IMG/VR virus record: IMGVR_UViG_3300025601_000007
Length of the DNA stretch: 64,000 nt
DNA from: a virus
Taxonomy: Duplodnaviria > Caudoviricetes
Strand: one strand, 5' to 3'
Under the pieces are notes generated by a model, which searched no databases, was not told the DNA's origin, and saw nothing but the letters and a program-made list of their open reading frames with translations. The stretch's first letter is position 1. Every line of letters begins with the position of its first letter. Position numbers and translations under genes: made by a program. This document shows, one piece after another, positions 26,969 to 36,785 of this stretch.

Positions 26969-27867
26969 TATGTAATCGTTATATCAATTGCCGCGCCTAG
27001 AATATTCTTAGTCCTATATATCCTGTAATTTGTTGTTTGAGAGTTCCCGTTAGTCACGGATACGGTTTTATAGTGGAATCCATTTTCAGAACTTGCATAC
27101 CCCTCTGCTGTGCCTGCCATTACCAAGTTGAACCCTGTTTGGTCATCTTTGATTGTGTTTATTGCATCAAATGAGTCAGGTACACAGAAGTATTTATATC
27201 CACCAGCAGCAAGTGTCCATGTGCCAGCAATTGAAACAACTAAAGAATCCTCTGAAAGAGCTTCAATTTGCGTTTCGTTTAAAGCTGTGTTTGTTGAGGT
27301 TCCGTAATACATCTTCCATCTCCACTCCATTGTAAATGTTTTTGAAAAATCTACACTCTCTGAATCTGTTCCTTTTATTGTCCATTCGTGAGACCCAGGA
27401 GTTGTTTTCTGAATCGTTGCTCCTAGTGCCAAGTTTTCTGTGCTGTCATCAGCTAAAGATGAACCAAGTGTGGCTGTGTTGGTTGTGTCCACGATTAATA
27501 ACGTATTTCCTAGTACGTTAGCAGAGTTAGTTGTGGTCCAAGTGAATGTTTTTGTTCCTGATATAGACACTCCCGCCTCTACAACCACCGCTTGGCTATC
27601 TATTTCAAATGCTGAAAAAGCAGGATGTTGAAAGGGGTACAACAGAAGGTCGAACATTTGTTGAACATCGAAATTTCCCCCGAATGTTGTTCCTGCATCA
27701 ATACCACCTGCATCAATCGTTGTGGGGTCTGAGTTAGTGAAAAAACTACCTGAAAACCCAGTAACACTTCCTGTGGCCAGGCACATAAAATTGTCGTTAA
27801 TTTTATTCCTTCCTTCGTTAGGCGTGTCTTGTGGGTATATGTTGTATATGGTGCAGCCAGATGGCAT
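26968..27867 (-). CDS. Virion structural protein (Ig-like or beta-rich)
   Basis: GRNKINDNF motif, Thr-rich beta domains; CTATTTAT 16 nt upstream (27884-91). Confidence 0.65.
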   Translation of the reverse strand: MPSGCTIYNIYPQDTPNEGRNKINDNFMCLATGSVTGFSGSFFTNSDPTTIDAGGIDAGTTFGGNFDVQQMFDLLLYPFQHPAFSAFEIDSQAVVVEAGVSISGTKTFTWTTTNSANVLGNTLLIVDTTNTATLGSSLADDSTENLALGATIQKTTPGSHEWTIKGTDSESVDFSKTFTMEWRWKMYYGTSTNTALNETQIEALSEDSLVVSIAGTWTLAAGGYKYFCVPDSFDAINTIKDDQTGFNLVMAGTAEGYASSENGFHYKTVSVTNGNSQTTNYRIYRTKNILGAAIDITIT

Positions 27868-27955
27868 TTTTTAGAGCTTTATCATAAATAGCTCAAGAGA
27901 AGAAATTGCTAAACATTAATTCTATATTCTATCAAACAGGATTTTTGCTAGTTCA

Positions 27956-28753
27956 TCAGAAGTATTGTTTGTTCATGAAGCTCATTGTTTCATCGGAGTA
28001 AAAATCAGAAGCAAATAAAACGAACTCTTGTATCATCTCTAGATAGTGTGGACTAGGCATTCTTGAACCTTCATGCATTTTTCCTTGACACTGAGCCACC
28101 ATTCCACTAATGGAAACACCATTATTTTTTCTTAGTAAAATTTCAGTTGTAACGTGTGGCTTGTTGTTTTTATCTCGAAGAGACACAATGATTGAGTGGT
28201 CATTTTTTATTTTTTGCTGGTATCCCATAGCACCAACACAGTGTCCCATGTGGGTTCCTTCAAACTTCAGCTCTCTTGGGTCTAGTATGTAAAAAAAATG
28301 CTCTTGGTTTTTGCATCTATACACAATTCTTTCAGGGTCTAGGTCTGGGCTATCTATCTTCTCAATCTGCATCCGCATAGCAATTTCTTGATGCCATGCC
28401 TCTTGTGCAAGAAACGCCTGTTTAAAGTTATACTTAAATGCGTCAATTTTTTCGTCAATCATCCAGTCCATAATAGATTGAAATTCCAGTTCCTTATCTA
28501 AAATATCTAAGTTTAATGGCTGGTCTTGTTTAAAGAGCTGTTTAAGGTGGTCTTTTACTATTTTAGCTATCCACGTGTCATATTTATGTTCGCGTCGATT
28601 GTCGTCGCCTTGATTGCCTATAAAACCAATTCTGGACCCAAGCTCACTGATGCGTTCTATAATAACAACAGCTTCCTCTTCTTTGTAGTATTTTGGGAAG
28701 AAAAAAGACAGATTATACTTCTGCCTCTTTGTTAGGTTTTGACTCTTGGACAT
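27956..28753 (-). CDS. PcfJ-like domain protein
   Basis: ELKFEGTHMGHCVG...IVSLRDKNNKPHVTTEI...QCQGK. Confidence 0.72.
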   Translation of the reverse strand: MSKSQNLTKRQKYNLSFFFPKYYKEEEAVVIIERISELGSRIGFIGNQGDDNRREHKYDTWIAKIVKDHLKQLFKQDQPLNLDILDKELEFQSIMDWMIDEKIDAFKYNFKQAFLAQEAWHQEIAMRMQIEKIDSPDLDPERIVYRCKNQEHFFYILDPRELKFEGTHMGHCVGAMGYQQKIKNDHSIIVSLRDKNNKPHVTTEILLRKNNGVSISGMVAQCQGKMHEGSRMPSPHYLEMIQEFVLFASDFYSDETMSFMNKQYF

Positions 28754-29003
28754 AAACAGTTATTTTCATCTTATCGTTCTCTAAAACCTCTTCTTCCCAA
28801 ATTGCTTCCATTAAGACTTTGCTTTCCAGCTTTATACCACCTATTTTATATACTTTTTTAAACGTTCCGACATTGTTGACTTCGTCAAGTTCTATGTTTT
28901 TCACGTACCAGCATTTAGTGACTTTAGTAAAGAGGTCTTTGAAAAATCTCCACTTGCAGCTGATGTACTTAAGGCGATGGACTTCTTGAGAAAGAGAAAG
29001 CAT
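28713..29003 (-). CDS. Hypothetical protein
   Basis: 96 aa ORF coupled to its neighbours. Confidence 0.55.
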   Translation of the reverse strand: MLSLSQEVHRLKYISCKWRFFKDLFTKVTKCWYVKNIELDEVNNVGTFKKVYKIGGIKLESKVLMEAIWEEEVLENDKMKITVYVQESKPNKEAEV

Positions 29004-29524
29004 TATCTTTTTCTCTTAATTTTCAAAGCCTCAGCTTTCTTACTTACGCTTTTTTCTCCTCGATTAAGTTTTTCCGCCACATACTTAGCTCCATTTTTTG
29101 GATAATGTTTTTTGAGATAAGAAAGTTCTTCTTCGTCCCATTTTCCAGTCTTTAAATCGCTTTTGGTATACTCCTCTACTTTTTGTGATGCTTTACCAAG
29201 AATTGATGATATAGACGTTTCGTTAGGCTTGGGTTTTTCCTGAGCTTCTATAGCAACGTGGTCTTGTTTTAGTTTTTCGGTTTTATCTCCAATGGTATAC
29301 GGAGTCAGAAATGTCATCCCTATTTTTCCATCGTCTTGAGTAATTTTGATTAATGCTTTTCGTTGATAAACTCGAAGGGAAGACGTCATTGCGTTTGACT
29401 CGGTCCAAAACTCCTGGTTAGGGGCTAAGTTTATTGTTTCAACATCTTTAGACCCATACTTTATCATTACCTGAATAGGATATGTTGCGTCATTGTTATT
29501 TGTGTGTGTGATACAAAGTGCCAT
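29003..29524 (-). CDS. Protein with C-terminal Myb/SANT-like HTH
   Basis: WDEEELSYLKKHYP..GAKYVAEKLNRGEKSV..KA..LKI. Confidence 0.7.
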   Translation of the reverse strand: MALCITHTNNNDATYPIQVMIKYGSKDVETINLAPNQEFWTESNAMTSSLRVYQRKALIKITQDDGKIGMTFLTPYTIGDKTEKLKQDHVAIEAQEKPKPNETSISSILGKASQKVEEYTKSDLKTGKWDEEELSYLKKHYPKNGAKYVAEKLNRGEKSVSKKAEALKIKRKR

Positions 29525-29564
29525 TATAATTTATTTTGATAATAATAATCAGATTTATCCATAA

Positions 29565-29604
29565 AACAAAAAAAACGCCGCCTATTGGCAGCGTTTTTTT
29601 TGTT
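29565..29604. terminator. Intrinsic terminator (bidirectional type)
   Basis: AACAAAAAAAACGC-CGCC-TATT-GGCA-GCGTTTTTTTTGTT. Confidence 0.75.
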
Positions 29605-29618
29605 CTTAATTTCGTTTA

Positions 29619-31916
29619 TTAAATTTTGAACCCTGGGTTGTTTACAAGCATTCCAGTATTAAAATCCCAAAGGAAAGCTTTCCCTGTGTTCTCATAATCC
29701 TCTTTGAATACTTTGTAATAAACAGGTGCTAAGCACATTGGTTTTTCAATCTCAATTACTAGTTTTCCGTCAACTGATTCTCCTTCTTCGATTCCACCGT
29801 CTCTTGATAGAGAGTTTAGGCCTTCGACTGATTCAGTGATTCCTCTTTTTGGTAAAAAAATTTCTTTTGAATCAGGTATTACGCTTTCAGCTGCATGAAT
29901 AGTTTCTGCATCTTTCATTGTGGCAAGGCGCTTCCATCTTTCATTTAATTCAGTCTGAGTCGTAAGCCCAACTCTCGTGTATCGCTTAGAAACGGATTCA
30001 TTTACAGACTCTTGATGAATCTGATGAACACCTACTAGCATTGCATGATATCCTCCGTTTTCCATTAGCTCAAGAACTTGAGGAACCTCCATTACCTTAT
30101 ACCCGTTAGCCTCTACTTCTGGGCTTGCTGGGTTTGCGTTTTCATACACAATGAATGTTTTTGATTCGGCAATTTCATTTACCACAACTGGAGTTTGAGC
30201 GTTTTTCAAATAAGTCCAAGCTGTGTATTTTTGACGAGCTCTGTCTTCGCTTTCTTTCAAATCGTGCTTATGAGATTTTCCACCTGGGTACTTTTGAACT
30301 CCTCCAGAATTATACTCTTCTTCTTCGTCAGAATTTACTTCTATACCTTCGGCGCCTGGGGCACCCATAATGTGGTTTTTTTTGTAACCGTCTAACGTCT
30401 CTTGAGGGACAACTTGCCAGAATCCGTCAGTCCCTTCAGGGATGATGCGGGTATGGTTTGTTGGTCTGCGATTCTCACGAAGACTTCGTGCGTAAGGAGT
30501 GTTGTTGAAGCGCTTTTGTGATTCTGTCATTTGTTCTCCAGCACTGGTTTGGCTTTTAAGGAAATCGTCAATCTGCCTCATGCAGTCTTTAACTGTATCT
30601 CCTTCTCCAGCTCCATATTGCCCTGTGTCGGGAGCATAGTCATAGTAATCAGTGTGCATCCATTTGTATCCAGGTATTCTATCGAGAGGTTCGATTTTTG
30701 CACCTTTATACATAACCGTGTCGCTTTTTCCTTCGTTTACTGGCTGGTCGAAAGGTGCTGATGAAGCAATGTTTCTTTTTCTTGTAGCGTTGATGGGAGC
30801 ATCATAAGCAAATCCTCCTGCTCCGCCAGCACCTCCAGCAGATGTGATTTCTGAAACTTCTTCTTCACCATAAGCAGATGGAATTTCTTCACCAGACTCA
30901 GAGTACATAGGTTCACCTTCCCAGTGAGCTTCTCCTTTTACAATCCACTCCATCGTGTCTTCGTGGTCCCAATCTAAAGCTTCGCTTGGAGATAAAACAT
31001 TTCCATAATTGGTTACAAAAAACGTGCTTTGAGCGTATGGGGTGTTAAGCGTGTTTTTTACCTGTTCAGCTGAATACGGCTCGCCTTCGGATTCATTCAT
31101 TTTGTCACCCAAAATGAGGTCATCTTTTTCTTCTCTTTGTTCAGCTTGCGGGTACTCAGCAGGCTCTTGCTTCACTTTTACACGTGGTTTCCCGTTTGCT
31201 CTAGTGTTTCCTTCGGTATCTTGATGATACTCAGCAGGCTCTTGCTTCACAATTGGACGCGGTTTTGTCTCATCTATGTTAAAGCTTTCTGTAATCTTTT
31301 TTTCTGTTGATTCGAAATCATCAGAAAAGAGGCTTGACAGTGTAAATCCTTCAACCACAGATGCAGTTGACTTTTCAATGCCGTCTTCGTTTCCAAGTTT
31401 TGTCATGGTTATAAATCCTATTTCTTTTTCAGAAAACTCTTTGAGCTTCTTTGTCATTTCTTTTTTAAACTTATCCATATTGGCGCAATTCATAATTATT
31501 TTCTCGTTAATCATGTATCCGCCTTTTCCTTCTTGAAATCCACGAAACGCAGCGTCTTCTGTGTTTTTGTAATGCATTTCAACAGTCATAGTTGCAGGGT
31601 GGATGGTCATATGCATTTCAACGACAATTCTTTTTCCGCCAAGAGAAAGTCTTTTTTCGAGGTACGAGTCAGTTTTGGAACCAACTTTTACATTGTACGC
31701 ACCTTCATCTACGCCATATCCATAAGCGTTTCCGTCGCCGTAAAATCCAGCAGGTGCAGCTTTTTGATTATAGCCAAGAGTGTTGAAAGCAAACTCTGCA
31801 GTCTCTTCCATTGTGTTTTTTAGGAAATTATAGACTTCTCCTCGCATCTTCTGTGCCTCTCTAAAGTCTTTGTTTCTAGGGACGACTCCCTTTGGGTAAA
31901 TTATACCTTCAGCCAT
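29619..31916 (-). CDS. Large acidic virion-type protein
   Basis: 765 aa; duplicated VKQEPAEY; EITSAGGAGGAGGFAYDAP; many xNE/xTE motifs; CTATTTAT 16 nt upstream (31933-40). Confidence 0.75.
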   Translation of the reverse strand: MAEGIIYPKGVVPRNKDFREAQKMRGEVYNFLKNTMEETAEFAFNTLGYNQKAAPAGFYGDGNAYGYGVDEGAYNVKVGSKTDSYLEKRLSLGGKRIVVEMHMTIHPATMTVEMHYKNTEDAAFRGFQEGKGGYMINEKIIMNCANMDKFKKEMTKKLKEFSEKEIGFITMTKLGNEDGIEKSTASVVEGFTLSSLFSDDFESTEKKITESFNIDETKPRPIVKQEPAEYHQDTEGNTRANGKPRVKVKQEPAEYPQAEQREEKDDLILGDKMNESEGEPYSAEQVKNTLNTPYAQSTFFVTNYGNVLSPSEALDWDHEDTMEWIVKGEAHWEGEPMYSESGEEIPSAYGEEEVSEITSAGGAGGAGGFAYDAPINATRKRNIASSAPFDQPVNEGKSDTVMYKGAKIEPLDRIPGYKWMHTDYYDYAPDTGQYGAGEGDTVKDCMRQIDDFLKSQTSAGEQMTESQKRFNNTPYARSLRENRRPTNHTRIIPEGTDGFWQVVPQETLDGYKKNHIMGAPGAEGIEVNSDEEEEYNSGGVQKYPGGKSHKHDLKESEDRARQKYTAWTYLKNAQTPVVVNEIAESKTFIVYENANPASPEVEANGYKVMEVPQVLELMENGGYHAMLVGVHQIHQESVNESVSKRYTRVGLTTQTELNERWKRLATMKDAETIHAAESVIPDSKEIFLPKRGITESVEGLNSLSRDGGIEEGESVDGKLVIEIEKPMCLAPVYYKVFKEDYENTGKAFLWDFNTGMLVNNPGFKI

Positions 31917-31953
31917 TTATACTGGTTTTGTAATAAATAGCTACAAAAACAAC

Positions 31954-32229
31954 TTATTTCTTATTCCATCGCTCTGCGTAGGGGTGTTTTGCGTCATCCT
32001 CCTCGGACTGAACGTCAACATCTGCGAAATTAACTGTGTTGAATCTAACATTTGGAAAATCTTGAAGTATCACTGTGGAGCTTGAACTGTCAATCTCCGT
32101 TCGTTCTATTGCGTACTCTTTGTCTATCTCTAAATAGGATGCGACTCTTTTTTTGTCGCCACTCCAGCCTGAATGGCGGGTCTTTTCTGTGACTTTAACT
32201 CGAAAACCTTTTAGAGCCAGGATATTCAT
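31954..32229 (-). CDS. Hypothetical protein
   Basis: 91 aa ORF. Confidence 0.65.
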   Translation of the reverse strand: MNILALKGFRVKVTEKTRHSGWSGDKKRVASYLEIDKEYAIERTEIDSSSSTVILQDFPNVRFNTVNFADVDVQSEEDDAKHPYAERWNKK

Positions 32230-32242
32230 AACATCTTTTTTT

Positions 32243-32476
32243 TTACCCTTTTGTGAGCATGTGAATAATCACGCACAGTTCATCATCGATAAAAACGTCG
32301 TGGTCATACACGGAGATATTCATCGGATTCACTTCTTCTGGGCGCTCGTGCTTTTTATTATGGCACGTGAGAGGCTTGTGGCTATCAACTGTAATTTTAA
32401 TTACTTTTTCCACATCAATTATTTGATGTTCCTTAACGTTGTAGCGCGGAGTAAGTGTGAGTGTTGAATAAGGCAT
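32243..32476 (-). CDS. Hypothetical protein
   Basis: 77 aa ORF in a co-oriented run. Confidence 0.45.
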   Translation of the reverse strand: MPYSTLTLTPRYNVKEHQIIDVEKVIKITVDSHKPLTCHNKKHERPEEVNPMNISVYDHDVFIDDELCVIIHMLTKG

Positions 32477-32515
32477 AGGTCAATTTTGTTAATATACGTA
32501 TGCAAACCAAAAAAG

Positions 32516-32824
32516 TTACGCTTTAACCAGCCCTTTTTGAATCCAAGCGTCCCAAGTCTCTGCGTCTTGACCTTGAATCCCAGGGTTGTCTTGATAGATT
32601 TGGTTTTTATAAAAAAATCCAATAAACCTCCTTTGGGTTTTGGTTGTCCTTTTAACTTTAACTTTCATCACAGCGTCGCTGAGGGTCTGGTCTAAATCCA
32701 GACCCTCGTCGACTGTGTACTTATGCTCTCTGTAGATTGGCTTCGCGTGAAGCCAAAATTGATAGTTCCACCTGGTGTTACACCAGTAGAATCTTAGTTT
32801 TGAATGTTTCCACCATTTTACCAT
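32516..32824 (-). CDS. Hypothetical protein
   Basis: 102 aa ORF in a co-oriented run. Confidence 0.5.
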   Translation of the reverse strand: MVKWWKHSKLRFYWCNTRWNYQFWLHAKPIYREHKYTVDEGLDLDQTLSDAVMKVKVKRTTKTQRRFIGFFYKNQIYQDNPGIQGQDAETWDAWIQKGLVKA

Positions 32825-33060
32825 TGCAAAAATGTAAGTTCAATCTTGCTAGTGATTATAAGCAACAAAAACACAGACAGGGAAGACAGGGCGCTAAAAA
32901 TCATGAAGAACACCAAGTGAAACCTGATTCTCTCAAAAGGAGTGATTTCTCCGAAGCCATCTGTTTTTCTTATTCCATTCCAATCTTTAAAGATGTAATT
33001 GAAACAAAATCCACATGCAGCTAGGAAAAGTATTAAAATGATTTTCAGGACCCACGCCAT
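32818..33060 (-). CDS. Small membrane protein (2 TM)
   Basis: Two hydrophobic segments. Confidence 0.6.
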   Translation of the reverse strand: MAWVLKIILILFLAACGFCFNYIFKDWNGIRKTDGFGEITPFERIRFHLVFFMIFSALSSLSVFLLLIITSKIELTFLQW

Positions 33061-33377
33061 TATTTTCCGTCTTCTTCCTCCGTTCCGTCTGAATTATCTT
33101 CCAGTTCATCTTCTGAGCCGTCTTCATGGGAATGTTGTTCTTGTTCTTGTTTTTGTTGAGCTTTCGCTGTGTCTTCTTGAATTTGAGTCATAAACCTAAC
33201 AGCAACTTCTTGAGAGCGCTCCAGTCGAACAATTTGTTCAATAAAAGCTTTTACTTCTCTAATTGGGTCTCTAGTTAAATCGGAGTTATTCAGAGTTCTG
33301 CTAAGTCTGTCGTAGTGTAAGACTCTCTCAGCTTCACAGTCGTCATATACCTGACGTAGGATTCTGATATTATCCAT
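33060..33377 (-). CDS. Hypothetical protein with acidic tail
   Basis: 105 aa ORF overlapping its neighbours. Confidence 0.6.
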   Translation of the reverse strand: MDNIRILRQVYDDCEAERVLHYDRLSRTLNNSDLTRDPIREVKAFIEQIVRLERSQEVAVRFMTQIQEDTAKAQQKQEQEQHSHEDGSEDELEDNSDGTEEEDGK

Positions 33378-33927
33378 TCTTCTTGGCTTCTTTAATGGCT
33401 TCCATCGCCTGTACGGTTGCCAGGTCTACAATCTCTGAACTCTGCATCACCTCGTTTGCTCCGAAATAATTGACATTGTTTAAAAACTCACGAACATCTG
33501 TTTGATTCTTTTTAACTTTACGCTGCTGCTGTAAGTCAACTTCAACATTAACTCCACAAAGAAGCTTATCTAGTTGAATCACTTTATGCTTACTGTCAAG
33601 TCCTGCCCACACTGGTGCAAATACGCAAATCACATAGTCGTATCTGTCGTCTACAACTTGTTCGATTTCACTTCGAGCGATAATGTATCCCGCTACAAAC
33701 TTGCCCCCGTCTTTCTTTGGTTTGTTTGAGTAAAGAAACTTAATTCGGCTGATTTCAATGTCTTGGTTGTGGGCACATCTTCTTTTAATGAAAGCTGAAA
33801 TTGCATGCATTTCATCATCTGCATCCATGTAAGGAACTTCGTAAGGAATGTCTGGTGTAATTGCGGTGTTATCTAATTTAGAAAAAACCATGTCTGAAAA
33901 ACTCTGTGTTGACTCTGTTGTGTCCAT
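33370..33927 (-). CDS. Phage metallopeptidase-like fold lacking HExxH
   Basis: IKFLY..KPKK.GGK..AG...DYVICV...W..LD......LDKLLCGV; start at MDTTES. Confidence 0.65.
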   Translation of the reverse strand: MDTTESTQSFSDMVFSKLDNTAITPDIPYEVPYMDADDEMHAISAFIKRRCAHNQDIEISRIKFLYSNKPKKDGGKFVAGYIIARSEIEQVVDDRYDYVICVFAPVWAGLDSKHKVIQLDKLLCGVNVEVDLQQQRKVKKNQTDVREFLNNVNYFGANEVMQSSEIVDLATVQAMEAIKEAKKNG

Positions 33928-33930
33928 GTT

Positions 33931-33954
33931 GTTGTGTTGTGTTGTGTTGTGTTG
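33931..33954. repeat. (GTTGT)n pentanucleotide microsatellite
   Basis: 4.8 copies between a TATATTG motif and ATG 33927. Confidence 0.85.
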
Positions 33955-33989
33955 CACAATATAATCAAACATCAATTCATAACAAAGGA

Positions 33990-36203
33990 CTACCGTTTAT
34001 TAAAGGTTAAGCTTTTAGTTAAAGGACTTAGTGTGGTGTCTGACTTTAAATCGAAAACCAAAAGATTCCCTTCGCTGTCATAACCAGTGTTTTTGTAATG
34101 TGTATCAGTTAACCCAATCTCATCGCACTTATTTTTAAGTTCATAGAAATCTTTTTTATCTATTTTTCCCGTGTTTAATTTTTGAGTTATAACGACATAG
34201 AAATTGCCTATATCTATTGGGTAGTCTCTTAGGTATAAACCATTTCCCTGAGGGTTATTAATTTTGTAAACAGCCATTATTTTAGCCACAAATGGAAGAG
34301 GATTTTGGTGAAAGTAATTACTGGTTTCCGCTTCTATTTTGCTCATTGTGACTTTACACATAAAGCCTTGACCTTCGCTTATCCATCCATCGTTTGTACG
34401 GCGAGTTTTTTTTAGAGTTATGCCTAAACTTGCCTCAATTGATTCAATTAATTCTTCTATGCGAATATTTTCACCTCTATAGTTGCTTAGGCTTTTGCTT
34501 GAAACATTTTCGTCTATGCTTGACCAAAAAGCTTTTGCATCGTCGCTTCTACCTTCTTTTGAAATTTGAAACCCATTGTCAGATGAAATTTTTTGGACAA
34601 CCTTAATTAGCAGGGTATATATCCCTTGTCTTCGGTATTTTTGATTTACTTCAGCTCCTCCTATTCTTAATGTGTTTGATTTAGAGTCAATATTAAAACC
34701 AACTCTCCCAACGGGTGTTAAATTCTCAGTTGAGGCTTTGATAGTTAAAGAACGATGTAAACCTGGTGTCTTAAATATTGAGATTGCTATTGGAGTCCCT
34801 TTTATAGTTGTCGCAATATATCCTATACCATTATATTTATCAATGATATTGTTTTCTTCTTTATATCTTTTCTCAGGAGGAATGTATTTATAATTGTATT
34901 TAGTCTTCAACAAATCGATATACTTCTGATTTTTTTCAGCCTTTGGATTCAAGTCGACAACATCAGTGTACATCTGAATGGCTTCGTCAGACCCAGTTTG
35001 TTCCGACAAGCTCTCAGCCTCGATTATTTTAATCTGCTCAGATTCAAATACAACAATCTCATCACCTGCTATTATCGAATCGTGCCCTTCTTGTTTTATC
35101 GCGTTAGTCCAATCATCTGAATTTTGGCCCAAGTCGGTAAGGTAGTCCATTCTTACGTCTTCTTCGAAGTCGTAAATCAGTTTGGGCTCAATCCCAATCT
35201 CTCGAAGTTCTTCTACTGAGAAATCGTTTACTCCTCTTCCGTATCTGGTGCCCTGAGTTTCTTCGTACCAGTCAGACACAATGTTTAGGTCTAAGCCTGT
35301 TTCTCCTTCGTATGTGTCAGGGTGCTTAGTTTTAAACTCTTCCCACCCACGGCTATGGTCTTTGTTTTTAGTGATAGATGCAAGAAGATTAAAAGCGACA
35401 ATGTCTTTTGTCTTTAATTGCAGAAGCAAGTCTTTAAGGTCAATAGCTACAACTGTTTTTTTTGGGAGATTTAATTTATATTTTTCTCCAATACGCACAA
35501 GGCTGCTTTCGTTGACATAAAAAGGGTTTTTCATATCCAAGCGTACAGAAAGAACTTCACCAGTTCCTCCGAAGAATTCTGAAAAGCTTCTGGCTTTTGA
35601 TTCTGTATCTGTAAAATAAAATCCCTTACCAAAATGGCCATCATTCCCACTGGTGGAGCCTATTTGTGATTTATCAAAAGAAGCAAACTTTCCCTTAGGG
35701 CCTACGCCATGATAATAAATGTTTTGGGTAGTATTTTCTTGAAGATACGACTTAATGTTTCCACTTCTAAAGAAGTCTACATCGAATGGATTAAGGCCTC
35801 TCTCTGGCTCGTGCCAAGGTGCTTTTGTTTTATGAATTTCGTCTTTGGTATCCACACCAACTATTCCTACATACCTTCCAAAAGAGCTAGAGCCTGGGGT
35901 TGGGTCAAAATATTCTTTTTTATCGGCATCATAAACCCACCAGTGTTCAATGGGGAAATCGTTTTCAAAAGCGTATCCCTTTACGGGATACAGATTTTCA
36001 TTAGGCCTGTTGTGAATGTAATGAAAGACATTAGTTTCACACTTATTTGACTTTGATTTATCACACTTGATTGACGTAACCTCTCCAGAGCTAAGGCTAA
36101 TACCATTTTTACTTTTGGATATAGCAACAATGTCTGGATGATTATGATAATCCTCTAAGACTTCTCTGATAAGTTTTCGTATGGAGTTTATTTCTGAAGC
36201 CAT
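33990..36203 (-). CDS. Polyvalent protein: Cys-His-Asp domain, ADP-ribosyltransferase-like, GNAT and kinase-like domains
   Basis: IRKLIREVLE; CETN..EHWWVYD..YFDPT; YYHG..FGKGFYFT..DEIVVFE; EVNQKYRRQGIY..SDDAKAFW; DTHYKNTGYD..LLVFDL. Confidence 0.78.
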   Translation of the reverse strand: MASEINSIRKLIREVLEDYHNHPDIVAISKSKNGISLSSGEVTSIKCDKSKSNKCETNVFHYIHNRPNENLYPVKGYAFENDFPIEHWWVYDADKKEYFDPTPGSSSFGRYVGIVGVDTKDEIHKTKAPWHEPERGLNPFDVDFFRSGNIKSYLQENTTQNIYYHGVGPKGKFASFDKSQIGSTSGNDGHFGKGFYFTDTESKARSFSEFFGGTGEVLSVRLDMKNPFYVNESSLVRIGEKYKLNLPKKTVVAIDLKDLLLQLKTKDIVAFNLLASITKNKDHSRGWEEFKTKHPDTYEGETGLDLNIVSDWYEETQGTRYGRGVNDFSVEELREIGIEPKLIYDFEEDVRMDYLTDLGQNSDDWTNAIKQEGHDSIIAGDEIVVFESEQIKIIEAESLSEQTGSDEAIQMYTDVVDLNPKAEKNQKYIDLLKTKYNYKYIPPEKRYKEENNIIDKYNGIGYIATTIKGTPIAISIFKTPGLHRSLTIKASTENLTPVGRVGFNIDSKSNTLRIGGAEVNQKYRRQGIYTLLIKVVQKISSDNGFQISKEGRSDDAKAFWSSIDENVSSKSLSNYRGENIRIEELIESIEASLGITLKKTRRTNDGWISEGQGFMCKVTMSKIEAETSNYFHQNPLPFVAKIMAVYKINNPQGNGLYLRDYPIDIGNFYVVITQKLNTGKIDKKDFYELKNKCDEIGLTDTHYKNTGYDSEGNLLVFDLKSDTTLSPLTKSLTFNKR

Positions 36204-36775
36204 CTTTGATAGTCTTGCTTTGTTGCTTGAACAAGCGCTTTAATGTATTGGTCTTGGTTTAATTTTGCCTGAGTAACTCTATGATTACCATCATAGAGCA
36301 TAAACAAGTCTTGGTCAGAATCGTAATGGACCTCGATGGGTTTCGCATCAAATAAATCAACGCCCTTCTGGAATTCATATTCGTTTCCTTCGTCATCTGA
36401 CCAGCTTCCAGGAGTTGGGTCCAAGCCGTCTATTTTATCCACGGGTATCATCATTAAAAGCCCGTGCTCCAGATGATAATTTCCACCTAGCTTTACCATC
36501 TCAGCCTGAGTAAATACTTGTCGACTGAGAAGTTTGGAGTTGAGATTTGAGGGTGAACGTTTAGCAGGAGCTTGGTCCAAACCAAAGTGCGCCACCAATG
36601 CAGGAATATTAAATGCTAAAAACCGAATAAGGTCATTTTTGGAATCAGGCGAGTACAGACGTTTTTCACCTCTATAAAGATTTAGGTTGTCATCCAATGA
36701 AAAATCAGATAACTCAATCTCTAGAAGCGCTTTTCGTATAGCACGTCGAACCTCATTTACGGTGCCTTGAGCCAT
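36188..36775 (-). CDS. ParB/Srx-like domain protein with VRRAIRKALLE motif
   Basis: KPIEV...LYDGNHRV.QAK. Confidence 0.72.
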   Translation of the reverse strand: MAQGTVNEVRRAIRKALLEIELSDFSLDDNLNLYRGEKRLYSPDSKNDLIRFLAFNIPALVAHFGLDQAPAKRSPSNLNSKLLSRQVFTQAEMVKLGGNYHLEHGLLMMIPVDKIDGLDPTPGSWSDDEGNEYEFQKGVDLFDAKPIEVHYDSDQDLFMLYDGNHRVTQAKLNQDQYIKALVQATKQDYQRWLQK

Positions 36776-36785
36776 TAAGCCTTAG

